This document shows, piece after piece, positions 27,127 to 39,100 of a stretch of 64,000 bases of DNA. Under the pieces are notes generated by a model, which did not search any database, was not told the origin of the DNA, and saw only the letters and a program-made list of their open reading frames with translations. Position numbers and translations under genes: made by a program. The stretch comes from Ophelia neglecta (taxonomy: Eukaryota): NCBI GenBank assembly GCA_965285935.1, contig OZ260661.1, forward strand, positions 103,354,001 through 103,418,000, read 5' to 3'. How positions within the stretch are numbered: position 1 is the first letter of the stretch; each line of letters opens with the position of its first letter.

Positions 27127-28767
27127 ATGGATTCAAGAAGAATTATGCGCAAACACAACCATATACTGAGGCGTCAAAAGCATGAGGAAAATGAAAAAAA
27201 TAGATATCTGGACTTAATACAGAAAGGCCTCCAGCAACAGAAGCTAGATCGAGCACAACAACGTACTTATGAGAAGAAATTAAAAGAGTACAACCTGAAA
27301 ACAACTATTTCTGCCCTGGAGAAAGCAAATAGGCTTCATAATGATCAGCGAAGAGCGACCAAACGCCGAAAGAAGTCCGGGACAATCAAGAAGCGCAGGT
27401 CAAAGCCTTCTTTCGTTAGTTTAATGTCTGACAGTCCAATCGCTCCATCTGATTCCCCGAAATCAAACCTTGTGGAAAAGACAGCTAATATTGCAGGGAA
27501 CGCAAGAGACGAGTTTGTTATTCCAACGTCAGCTAGTAATGAATACACTACGCCAGCTAAGACAGACGGCACTGCTTCGTTAACTTCAAAACTCTCAATG
27601 CTGGAAATGGATTCTGGTGTTTCTACAGACGACACGGAGATCGCGCAAGAAGACTTTAAAGAAGAGAAAAACATTACGTCAGAGGAGGTCAAAGGGCATG
27701 TGCGCGCAGTTTCCGTCTGCTCAGTGTTTGATACAGCTGATTTGCGGTTGAGTTCAAACAACAAGGTCGATAGCGGCCGGAAAATGAAAAGCCGTGATCA
27801 ATCCCGTTACCACTTTGCAGAAGAGTATAAAACTGATCATAACGGAGGAAGAACACCTGCGTCAATACCAAGGAAAGTGAGAGCCAAGCGTCCTTTAAGA
27901 CAAAAGGACTCACGAGAATATACCCGAGGTTATTCCATTGTAGAGCAAAATTATCTCACAACTGGGGAGTCTTTACATGTACAAGGAATAAACCTTGGTC
28001 GGGCGCTAACGGTCCGCCGATGTTGGAATAATGAGCCGGAGGCCATTTCTTCCGTCAGGCGACCGATCCCTACTAAACAGGAAAGTCACCTAAAGAAAAT
28101 GGTAACTAAGTTATTTGATGAAAAACCTGTAAACTTTTCCGCATCTTCTCCTGCAATTGAGCACAAGCGCTTTATTCCACCGTACCCTGTCTACTTTAAG
28201 TCGGCAGGAAAAACATTACAATGGGTGAAAGGCACATCGCTATGTCTAGAACGTCAGGCATTATCTATGCACCAAGACAAGCGACCACACTCGGCGTACA
28301 CGAATACTAGTCAGACGACAGGAGCAGACACAGGGCGCGTATACCCGAATCTCACGCAGACGATACACAAACGACCGGTTAGCGCCCCCGCGAAAACCGC
28401 GGCCATTCCGCACATGCCAAGTCCTCCACCTGCGAGGGATTCTCCGTGCCCTCTCAAAGTGGACGTGTCTACGGAAAAACTCAGGTTAAGGGCCAGATCA
28501 GCTCCAGTGGTAAGACGGCGAGCGACCAGTGCAAAACCACGCCCCAGAACGATAAATGAGGACACTTCACCTAGAGATCTCTCATCGAGTTTAACCGACA
28601 CCAAACTACAAGAAACTACACACTCGAATCGTCCTTATGACGTCAAAAGAGCCGGGTTGCCGGAGCAGGGCTCTGATTCAGCGGAAGTTGTATTTTCAGA
28701 CTCATCCGCAAGCAGCGACGAAGAATTTGTTATGAGAGTAGTTGTTACAAAAAAAAAATCTGGGTAA
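27127..28767 (+). CDS. Uncharacterised 546-aa protein: N-terminal coiled coil and basic NLS-like patch, Ser/Thr/Arg-rich disordered remainder
   Basis: 1.64-kb uninterrupted ORF in AT-rich DNA with ataATGG context and raised GC. An upstream acceptor (ttttcataatttcag, ends 26977) suggests a 5' UTR intron. Confidence 0.8.
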   Translation: MDSRRIMRKHNHILRRQKHEENEKNRYLDLIQKGLQQQKLDRAQQRTYEKKLKEYNLKTTISALEKANRLHNDQRRATKRRKKSGTIKKRRSKPSFVSLMSDSPIAPSDSPKSNLVEKTANIAGNARDEFVIPTSASNEYTTPAKTDGTASLTSKLSMLEMDSGVSTDDTEIAQEDFKEEKNITSEEVKGHVRAVSVCSVFDTADLRLSSNNKVDSGRKMKSRDQSRYHFAEEYKTDHNGGRTPASIPRKVRAKRPLRQKDSREYTRGYSIVEQNYLTTGESLHVQGINLGRALTVRRCWNNEPEAISSVRRPIPTKQESHLKKMVTKLFDEKPVNFSASSPAIEHKRFIPPYPVYFKSAGKTLQWVKGTSLCLERQALSMHQDKRPHSAYTNTSQTTGADTGRVYPNLTQTIHKRPVSAPAKTAAIPHMPSPPPARDSPCPLKVDVSTEKLRLRARSAPVVRRRATSAKPRPRTINEDTSPRDLSSSLTDTKLQETTHSNRPYDVKRAGLPEQGSDSAEVVFSDSSASSDEEFVMRVVVTKKKSG

Positions 28768-29254
28768 AATATAGAGGATTTGATTGAATATAAGCGACAA
28801 ACGTAAACTGCCAAATGTTTTTGCAAGTTTCCCTGTACATGCATTTGTAATCGTTTCTATAGTGTGTCTGCGTTAATTATTAATTAATCATACGCACAAG
28901 GTTATATGTTGTAGGGCCTATATTTGCTTGGTCTTTTAGTCAGTCTAAAAATGCAAAAGTTTGTGTTTAAAATTTAACAGGCTCGGTACTATTAAGAAGA
29001 GAAAAAATTTATTGAAAACATACCAACATAGTACGAAACGTTGTAAAACCGTCCCTTATAATCCGAACATATAATAATGAAAGCATTGGGCAAATGTGTT
29101 GATAATATCTGTTAACCATTAATTAAGTGTAGCTCAAATTCTGTGGTGAATTAAATTTACAGCTGGTTGATTTCTACTAACAGTCTCACACTTTTATTTG
29201 ACAGTCATCCATGGCAGTATGAACCCTGAAATGGAAAACTTCAGGAGTAACCCA

Positions 29255-29416
29255 TCAGGTTGTTGTTGGATGGTCAGCCAGTACTTTTCTTTCTAGTCCT
29301 TCAGTCATTTTATTCATAATGAAATTGCACACGTGGTCCCACGATTCATCCACCTCCTCGGTGTAAATGTCTTTCAACTCAACATGGAGTACAGGTTTAA
29401 GCGCCGGCCAAAACGT
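29255..29416 (-). CDS. Globin, exon 3 (helices G7-H)
   Basis: Acceptor cacttgcag on - ends at 29417. Reads TFWPALKPVLHVELKDIYTEEVDESWDHVCNFIMNKMTEGLERKVLADHPTTT*, with the typical H-helix pattern YT.E...SW.....FI...M..G. Confidence 0.9.
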   Translation of the reverse strand, partial: TFWPALKPVLHVELKDIYTEEVDESWDHVCNFIMNKMTEGLERKVLADHPTTT

Positions 29417-29728
29417 CTGCAAGTGAATATAAACAGAGTCTGTAGAACTAAAATGTATATAAGGTAAATATACATTAATTTCTAAGTCGCTTTGGGCGGG
29501 TTGGATGATTGCCTTGCATGCATGATTCGATTATCTAAATAAATATAAATGGAACAATATTGGTTTTCAGACAAAAAACATGCAGTCTATTATTGATCAC
29601 ATGTACACATGACAAAACTGTGCCAATCTGATTTTTTTTTTAATATAGAAAATGGTAGATCTAAATCAAGTAATTATTTTTATTTGGTAAGAATGTAGCA
29701 AAAGTACATTGGAAGTTTTTTAAGCAAA

Positions 29729-29806
29729 AGAGAGAGACAGAGACAGAGACAAAGAGAGACAAAGAGAGACAGAGAGAAGACAGAGAGAGACAGAGAGAGA
29801 GACAGA
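29729..29806. repeat. (AG)n/(AGAC)n microsatellite in globin intron 2
   Basis: agagagagacagagacagagacaaagagagac... read directly. Confidence 0.9.
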
Positions 29807-32484
29807 GGCTGCCATGTAGAAATAAAAATCACAAAGAAAAATTAGTTAATCTCTTTTCCAAAATTTGTACAAGAAATATAAGGGTGCACAACATATACAC
29901 GAGAAGCGACTAATCTGTTTTGCGGTTATATTTCCTTTTGTATAAATACGGCATCGATGTCTCCTTTTTCCGTAATGTGATGAGGATATTTCATCAATAT
30001 TAATGCCGCAATCAAAAAAATCCCCCGGGCGCTCATATTAGCCTGCACGGTACTGGGAACTTTGCCATACCATTCACTGGGCTGCGCCATGGCAGATATG
30101 ATGAGTTATGATTTGATTGCAAGAAACTTATTCCACCAGAGCGTTATCAGCACCATTCACCAAACCCCTCTCTTGCTACAACTTGTATATACATGTAGGC
30201 CCCTACTGACTATCTGTAGGATTTTGTTATGATTTTCGATCTCTTCATTTAGTCCTATTACACATTTAACGTTCATATTCATTGCCAATCATTAACCCTA
30301 CCACCGAAGTCTTCAGGATGTTGTTACTGCTGATCAACATTCTAGTAAAGACGGTAACTTTCTAGGTCAAATTGGAACTGTCTTAAAAAGTATGCAAAAT
30401 TGGGAAGGGATCTTCGTACAATGCATTAAATAGATGTGATGTTAAAATAAAACACCTAGCCATCAAGTGAAACCTCTATCACCATATAGTTAATTCACTT
30501 AGTATGCTATATGGCAAGTACATTACCATTTTTTGTGCAGAATGAAAGCAGGGGTGACCGTTTGCAGTGGCCCGTTACTCCATGCGCGGTAGAAACACTG
30601 AGGAATTCGATTTTCAGTGTATAACTTGCCCATGTATCTATAGATTGCTCTAACTTTACCGATAATTTCAAAATAATAAACACAGGTATAACGCAATGAT
30701 GTAACCCTTAAATCCGAAGTGGACTCGATTCTGCGATCCATACAAAGCGTACATAATACAGGCATGTATTACGCAAAAAGAACATCTGGGTACTGTTTGA
30801 AATGGGGATATTTTCTGGTTATTTTTCTTGTAGCATAGCTTACTAACTGTTAAAATTAGAAATTTAATAAAGCCTATACTGAATAGCTGTGTTCATCATT
30901 TCACTTCCTGGCGACGCCTCGGGAAACAATAACTTCTCCATCAGCCGATCTTTTATTAGTTTCTCTCTGCCTATAAAACACAGACAACCAGCTTAGGCAG
31001 TGTGGCCTACTTCAGTCTCGATAACAAAGAAAAGTGGTGCAGTGTGCCAGATAGCCAGCAGCATTCTAGGGGGGGGGGGGGGGAGGGGGGGCAGTGAAAT
31101 GCGAAACGCGCTCTTCGACCAACATGCAATCGTTTGAAGGACACAGCTGCAGTTTTGTCTCAACAGAGACATAGTTTGTGTCGATATTAGATATCGGACT
31201 GCTACTTTCTGATAGCCCTTCTTGAATAAAACTTTCCTTGCACGGTATGTATTTCCACGCATGTCGAAACTTAGGAAAGTGCTCATCCAGTTGAACAAAA
31301 CTAGAACGTTCAGCATGTAATGGTGCTGGCTCTCATATTAACAGCTGTGCAAAACGACTTAATCTAAAACGACATCTTATTCTACCGAGAGCAAACAACG
31401 GAATTGTCTTTGTATAAAACTAACGTGATACATTTGCCAATTATTTTGCCAGTTATGGTGTATTGTATATTCATTGTTGAATATAATAAATATGGAAATG
31501 ATGCAGAAAAATTACTACTCCACTAGTAGGTAGTTTAAAGAACGTTTGGTCGCTACTGGAACCGACAATTTTGAGGCAATTTTCAATTAGATGCAATGTG
31601 GGTCTCACCAAAGTGAGAAAGTCTTATGTTATACTCACACTCTTGGCTTCCAAGTCCGTTCCTATTTGATACATAAAACGAGTCGCACTAATTATATTTT
31701 ACCCTTAAAAGTTGCTAAATATGTAACTCAAACATGAACAAAATATGTACACCGTAACTATGGTCACTGATTTACGGAAAATTCCTTTCCACTGATGATG
31801 CCCTCTATATCTCCACGGGGGTTTTATACAGTAATAACATGTCCTTGAAAGTCTCCACGGAAATCTTAATTATTGCTGGTTTCGTTCATACCAATTCGAC
31901 TCAATATAATGGCATTAAGTTCACATTGGTTTATCAATTTACACGACCATTTATACCTATCGAAATTCCATATAGTTTGCCGTCTCCCCCCTCTCCAAGC
32001 TCACTTGCATGTTAAAATATCGTATTTGCCCAAATCGCATTTATCCATAAATAATTGTAAGCTATACTTTCCATCTTATTTTTACAAAGACTGTGGTCGT
32101 CACTACAACGTTCAATTAACGCTTTTAGCAAATATCCCAGAGGCTATCGGGGCATTATTTATCGCATGAATAAATACATGGACAAAATGTCATGTACAAA
32201 TTGCGGCTCGATTGTTGCATATTGATCACCACGCCATTTTTATTACTGTTAATTTACACTGGCAGTCGTGTTGCTATCATTGGCACTCAATATTATGCTT
32301 ACATAGTAAACAGGCATTACATTTTATATTATCTTTTCATTATGGTCGCCAACTAAGTCCCTAGTGAAGTAAGAATGCCAGCGTTCAGTCATAGATGTGT
32401 CGGAAGAGTCTTGAGCATGCAAGTGCGGACAGGTCAGATTCGACCAAATATACACTAAATCGATTGTAGATTAACTTTTACTAC

Positions 32485-32737
32485 CTGAAACATGGACGTC
32501 TGGACACTGTATTTTTGATGGGCTTGACCGACTTGTCGAATGGTCTCCAAGTGTTCTTCAAGGTTGCTCTCGTTATCCAAACCTTCAACACATTCGCCAA
32601 ACAGTTGCATGACCATGTCAACATGAGGCCGGAACTTCCGCTCGTCAATATTTATACCCGCATTCTCCTCCTCGACATCGGTTGGCAAGGCGAACGGCAC
32701 AAACAACTGTTTCATCTCTTTGTCTATTTCAAACATT
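32485..32737 (-). CDS. Globin, exon 2 (B12-G6; CD1 Phe, distal E7 His, proximal F8 His)
   Basis: Acceptor tttgtttgcag on - ends at 32738, phase 2. Reads (R)MFEIDKEMKQLF...KFRPHVDMVMQLF...VGQAHQKYSVQTSMFQ; phase-0 donor gtagt at 32484. Confidence 0.92.
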
Positions 32738-33029
32738 CTGCAAACAAAAACAAAATAAACAAAGTTCAAATATTTTCCTAAATGAAGATAGGCCTTGTTT
32801 GGTAAATTCCTCCGATGAAAAAGAAACATATTTTTAAATGTATCTTTTAAGGCAACCTCTTATAGACATGGCTCGTTTTTCGATTCAACATCCAAACAGA
32901 AGACGACATAATGTTAATAATTTTTCATTAGATATCATTATGTACTTTTTTCTTTGTTGTTCAACAGTGTACTTAATTTCAAACGGCTTACCATTTGCCT
33001 AACCGTGGCCAATACTCACTTCTGCTACA

Positions 33030-33430
33030 GGCACACAATTCTGTTTGGAAAGGGCTTTGTCTCACCGATTTCAAAGACATCAAATAGAGCCCAACTTATA
33101 CCTAAACAGATCGTAGGCTATCTTAGGATAAGTCTATCATACTGCCCTGCCAAACTTTGCCTTTAACAAATCTTAGCAGCACTAACAGAATAACACATTT
33201 CTTGGAAGAAAAGGGAGATATAGTAGAAGAACAGCATGGTTTTTGAAAGAAACAAAGCTGCTTAGATCATATTCGGACTAAATGACAATAACCCACTTTT
33301 ATCGCTTTGATAGATTTCCAAAAAACTGCCGTTAGGGTCGATCGTTATTTTTATCGATTTCATGGATATCCAAAAAACTTCTGTTAGGTTTGATCGTAAA
33401 TTTTTGTTATTCAAACTACTTGTTAACCAG
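33030..33430 (+). mobile_element. Decayed LINE reverse transcriptase fragment in globin intron 1 (antisense to the globin)
   Basis: KGFVSPISK...YLRISLSYCPAKL; NRITHFLEEKGDIVEEQHGF*KKQSCLDHI; FIALIDFQK...VDR; FLLFKLL match consecutive non-LTR RT motifs. A small internal duplication lies at about 33317-33345 / 33369-33397. Confidence 0.8.
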
Positions 33431-35980
33431 ATATAGATGTTTATGTATTTAAATGTATTATGAATGCCTTAGCAATTTTCCCCAACTGTATTTTCTATCT
33501 TTCCAAACGATTAAGCCAAAAAGATCAATATATGGAACTTTGCAGCAGTGTGTGGTTCCTGGGATAAAAACATTATAATTATGGGAAGTATCTAGTTTTA
33601 TGATGACGGAAAAGCCTTAATTGTACCGTATGACAAAAAATACAAATCATGTCCCATCAAAATTTGGCCTAAATGCTTGGAGTTAATCAGGCTCAACATT
33701 TTTCATTTCTAACCATAAAGAACTGATGGCACTAACACTCTATTCAGGATTAGTTTATGCCTCACTGTAATGCAGACTTGTTCTCAAAAACCTCACACAG
33801 AGATCTCAGAACAGTTGTCTTCAATTTAAATCGACAGGTTTTGTGGTCTAGTTAACATGTGCAAAACTTTTAAAATATTGTGTTTGTGTTCAGGAATGGA
33901 TTTTGGTTCTAGTAGTAACATATAATTACAATGGCGCATTTTTTGGTTTGGTTGAACCCAATTTATTTAAGATCTAGTCAAGAAAAATGGGCATTATTCT
34001 GCATTTTGCTTTCTCAAAGAGACATTTTAATAATGTCTAAATTTCTGCTAATATTACTATGTCAACTTTATTTTTTCTACACTGTTCTCACTAGGACAAC
34101 TTCCATTTTTCCATTCGTTCCATTTTGAGCTTAGTTACGAATATTAAAAAAAGTATCGTAAAATGTGTTAAAAGCGGCTGAGGTTATTGAGTATAGGTTT
34201 CAATAAGCTGTGTTTTTGGACGTTCATTTTCAACTCTATGAAGTCGCAAAGGTATTGTGGGGCCCCAGTAATATACCCGCCATACCTCTTACACTACAAT
34301 CTTTACTTGTCTCCAGTTTGCATGCCACATCCGTTTTTAATACATTCAGGGACTGTTCGATAAGGTAAACCCAGGGCATATAGATACAGCCATCATTATG
34401 ATGGAAACCAAATATTACACTAGCCAAAAAAAAAGTCGCTTTGTCTATTCATGATGTTCTATTAGTTGGTCCAACAACCCCGTATTTGTCTTTGTCTTAA
34501 TTTCAAGGCCAAACCAGTGAAAATGGATTTTAACTTTATTTTAGTCCAAGCAAACTTGAACACACTTTCCTGCAAGCTATTAAGCTATCCAGATGAATGT
34601 AATTACAGCAAGGGAGATGCTTATCATATATATGTAAATGTTGATGATTTTGTCACACCCGTCACTCAGTGTCACATCCGTCTTTGTATAACTTCAGATC
34701 AATATGTTAATTTAAAAACTTATTGGTATTGCATCAATATTCAATTGTATTTCTTAAAGAAAGAAGTAGAAACACTTATTTTATATTACGTTTATTTTCC
34801 CAAATTCATGTAATATCATCCTTCCTCCAAACCTTTTAATAAAGATCATTCGTGTTCAAATAGTTTGAATTTTAAGAAAAATCAGTTTTTCCAGAGAACA
34901 ACGGCTAATTGACTACTCTTCATTACAGAATAGCTTTTAAAATAGGGGACTTAACTATAGCATTAAGGTGATGCTCAAATTATGTTGGGCAAACGTTCGA
35001 TTGTAAAGTAATTATAAATATTACAACATGGGCTTATTTTAACGATACAATCAACCACAAGCTGGGGGCGAGCGGGTTTGTAGGGCCCATAAGGGACTTG
35101 TCCCTGCGTTACTTGTTCACATATTAAATTAGTATGACGATGACCGGACCCAAAGAGTAATCCAATTAGATGTTATTAATGCTTAAGGGAATTTAATGAA
35201 CAGTTGGAAAAGCCATCTGCTAGCGTGCTCTAACTGAGAACCGGCCTTGATCGAATCGTCTTATATCAAGTCAGACACTATTGCAAGAAGCTAAAGATTG
35301 CCAGCTTATTTTATACCAGAATTAGATTTGATTGGGTCTGGGCTATTTTATGGCATAATATGGAAACGAAGGCATGATGGGTGTGTGCGTTTTTTTTTTT
35401 GGGGGGGGGCTATCATATGAATCAGGAGGCATGCAAAGCGACCCTACCTAGCGGATTATCAATTACTGATACCATATGATTAAGGGGGGGGGGGTCATGA
35501 CTGCCTCGCCCCGTTTTTCCCTACTCTGAGTCCGCAAATGAGTTCTCAGCCAATGTTTTCGCAGTATTCTAGTCACAGAAGTAGCCACCGGGGCGCATTT
35601 CCCTCATCGCTCATGCCGAATATTGTGAGCGTGACTTATTTACCTGAAGATCGAGCGGCACACGATAGCAAACATTCTTTCAAACGAGATGCACTTAAAT
35701 TCAATTAAGCCTATCACTCCATGCAATTGGAGTTGGTTTTCTAGCTGCTAAGTCGATATTCTACCAACTCCAGTGACACCGATATCGCCAATAACTAAAC
35801 ACATTTTTTCTAATTTTCCAGGTATTGAATAGCCTATGCCCAGCAAATGTCAATTAGGCCTATGTACTTGCATGATTTGACATGTTATCCATATAATATG
35901 ACCGGTATTTTTTATATACGATCATAGCTATAGATAAATTACCCCTGTCGAGCTTCCATAATGAATAAAGAATAGCTTAC

Positions 35981-36156
35981 CTGGTGAATATCTTCAAGCC
36001 ATTGCCGGCCCTATCTTCTGCTATGATGGCCCACGAATCTTTCACTATCTCTATCTCTCGGAGAGTAGGGGTGTCTCTGGTGGAGACAGGCACGGGGGAG
36101 TTAGACGAACTACAGCGGGTCGCTTCGGCAACACTATTGCTGGAAGAGCATCCCAT
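35981..36156 (-). CDS. Globin, exon 1 (MGC N-terminal acylation motif, Ser/Pro/Thr linker, helices A-B); globin X-like / membrane-anchored globin
   Basis: ATG at 36156 with an in-frame TAG just upstream. Reads MGCSSSNSVAEATRCSSSNSPVPVSTRDTPTLREIEIVKDSWAIIAEDRAGNGLKIFT(R); donor AG|gtaag at 35980 is phase 2 at B12. Exon lengths 176+253+162 = 591 nt give 196 aa. Confidence 0.9.
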
Positions 36157-39100
36157 AATGTCCGGCGTCTGCTATTCGGGGTCAATGGCTTGACCTTGAT
36201 GAGGATGGTAGGTGTCCGCTAGCGACCGGAGACATGCTGCATCAACGTTCGGTAGATTAAAATGCAATAATCGTCGGTGGGTGTTGTCTTGGGCGGTTTG
36301 ATACACACCGCTATCGATTCCTGTTGGCACTATGGTGATTTCCAAACAGCGGAGGCATATCGACTTCCAGCCTTGTCATACACAGAAAAGAAGCGTTTAG
36401 CGCGGCAGCTTCTGTATGTTCCCGTGACGCGAACTATCTATTTAAAGCATAGGCTACGGGTTGCATCAATGTAAGCTTTGTTGTCATAACCCTGATGGTT
36501 TGTTACTCAATGGCGTGTGGGTGGCTATTATAGTATAAAAAGTAGGCGTGCGACTGATGGCGGGTCATTGGGGTGACGATCGGGCAGGATAACCAAACCA
36601 AAGATGTATATGGCTGAGGAGAGACGCTCCATATACTGGACGCAATGCGTGTAACGCTCACCTTCTTCATATGTACATATCATAGTACAGAAGCCTATGA
36701 AATATTAATATTAAAGCATGCACCACTCATTCGCAGAAAGAGGTCATTATTATAATCAAGATTTTTTGTGTGGTTATAATTCACCAGCTAGCAGATTGTA
36801 TACATCAAGCGTGTGTGAAGGTCAGCAGAAATCATTGTTTGGTAATTCGAAATGAAAGATAAAACATATTCAAAGGGCATTTAATACTTAAACAATTAAG
36901 TAATTTCTGTCCACTCTGGTGGGGCTGGTGCATTCTTTGTGGAAAAGTTTAGCACCCACTTCCTGGACCCCGCAGAAATAGGTAGAAAGCTTGTGATAGG
37001 CCGTAAAAGGTTGATTCCATTGTATTGTAATATTGAACGTCTCGTCTAGGGCCTACAGTGTATAAGCTATTGTTATTTATCTAAAACCACCTTCTTTCAA
37101 TGCATGTTACTGAGAAACAAGCAGATCTTTGACCTAGTAAAATTCGGCTTATTTACATGCCTTAATTAGGCCCTTAAATACTATCATATAGAGATATACC
37201 TGCTTGCCAGCACGTGGGGTCTACGCTTCGCCACCGTCAATGCAACTTCCGGGTAATTTCCATTTCTTTATTAGAAAGCTTGTTTTTCACATTTTTATAA
37301 GCGTCCGACCGAAAATTCAGCATGAGCATCAGATGACAGGATGGCATATCAACAATCCAGGTAAAACAGCCAGAATGGAAAAAATAATCAAGCAATGTCG
37401 TAAACATTGTATCTTATTTAGTCTATAAGACTACCGACGTTTCCTGCGCAATGCTTTGGACGTTGGGCGAATAAATATCCGAGAGCTTCACTGTTCAAAT
37501 GCACGTGTAAAAGTTTTGAGACGGAGCTGTTAGCACGCTTTTTGGTGAAACTCAAGGGTTGGTGGTTGAGGCTGCCTCACCGCAAAATGAACGCCAAGGA
37601 TCATGCTTTATTATCAGATATGGAGCATGAAATAATGTTTAAAGAATCGAAGTACATATGACATGGTTATTTGCCTCATTGGACAATGTTTCGGAGACTA
37701 TATAATCCCAAAATCAGTCAAACTTATAATGATTTTTTTAATTCCAAACCTTATCATTTTATGATTGGAACTAATTTAGCCTATACGCTATCAATACCGT
37801 ATACTTAATAAGACTATTTCTGGAATGTACGGAATTCGATGTACGGAATATAAGTAGGAATTTAAGCATTTTCATGTTTCAAATTGATGTCACTTAATAA
37901 ATAATTGAGTTATGGCCATAAGTGTTTAACATTTGATATCGTGTAAGATGGTGTGCTTATATTCCTTTAAAAGTGGGAAAAAGGTTAATTACTATTTTAT
38001 GAAATCCGCTTAGAAGGATGCTTTTTACCTTAGCAGTGTTACTCCGACGACCAATGCTCGTAGAAGATACATCTCTTAATTGTATTGTGTAGATACAATC
38101 CTTGATAAATTTTTTTTTTATTACCAAACGACAAATTCATATACAAAGCGGGCCTCAAAAGAAAAAAAGTGCCCCTCAAAATTAATTACGACGATATTCA
38201 GAACCAACATGGAGCTAATTGGGAATTATGGCGCTCTGTATTTCACCTAGTATACATCGATGATGGATTGAATCTAGACCAAATATGTTATGTGACCTTG
38301 TTTCAAATGTTATTGATTAATTAATATACGTACTTAAATTGTTGTATTTTATAATTTAATACGATTCCATACTTGCAGAAAACAGTGGCTACTTAATACT
38401 TTCTAGAGCCGATGTCGGAGTAATGTACTTTTATGACTTACCAAAACAATACCAGGAGTTTATTTGTGCAACTGGAAACATTTATCGTCGTTTCACTTTG
38501 CAGATATATCAGCCCTTTTTTGGCAAGCGTTTACGACATGGCTGGTAACAGGTAGTTTGTTTGATTACCCGCCCTGCGTTTCACTGTCTTCGCACTGAGC
38601 GAGTGACACTGTGTGATCAGATGGAAAAGTCAAGGTTGGAAGGGCAGAAATGTACATGTCGTCTGCTGGCCAACTGGCTACGTAATCCGATACCAGAATG
38701 GTTTGTGCACGGACTAACGTTACATTCAGCTCCAAGTGCGGTAAATTATGTTGCCATTATAAAATTAACGCTCTATCTCTGCAGAGACAATATATTTCCA
38801 TACATTATCTGCCATCTAAGTAAAAAGGAAGCCCTGATGAACTGACGGCTGCCACTCTACCATCACTAAAATGGGAACAAACCGCGTATGGATAAAACAG
38901 TTTGATTTATGCATTCGAAAAAAAAGCATGTTGTCCATTTTCAACATAGCAGTCGACTTCAAAGTGGGCCAAATTCTTACTAATACACTCGACTTTTAAT
39001 GTGTGCTTTAAAATCCACCTACCCCCCCCCCCCCTCCTCCCCTTTTTCGAAGATTTGTTGATTGATTGACGGACTTAATGATGTTAATAATAAATTAATA

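Noticed and set aside
27345-28844. Minus-strand ORFs overlapping the 546-aa ORF
   Set aside because: Antisense shadows with no independent evidence.
32738-32829. N-terminal part of ORF 32455-32829 as the globin start
   Set aside because: Intron sequence including the pyrimidine tract; helices A-B are encoded at 35981-36156.
35729-35772. Inverted repeat tggagttggt...accaactcca as a pre-miRNA
   Set aside because: Only a 10-bp stem with a poorly paired interior; too short for a miRNA hairpin.
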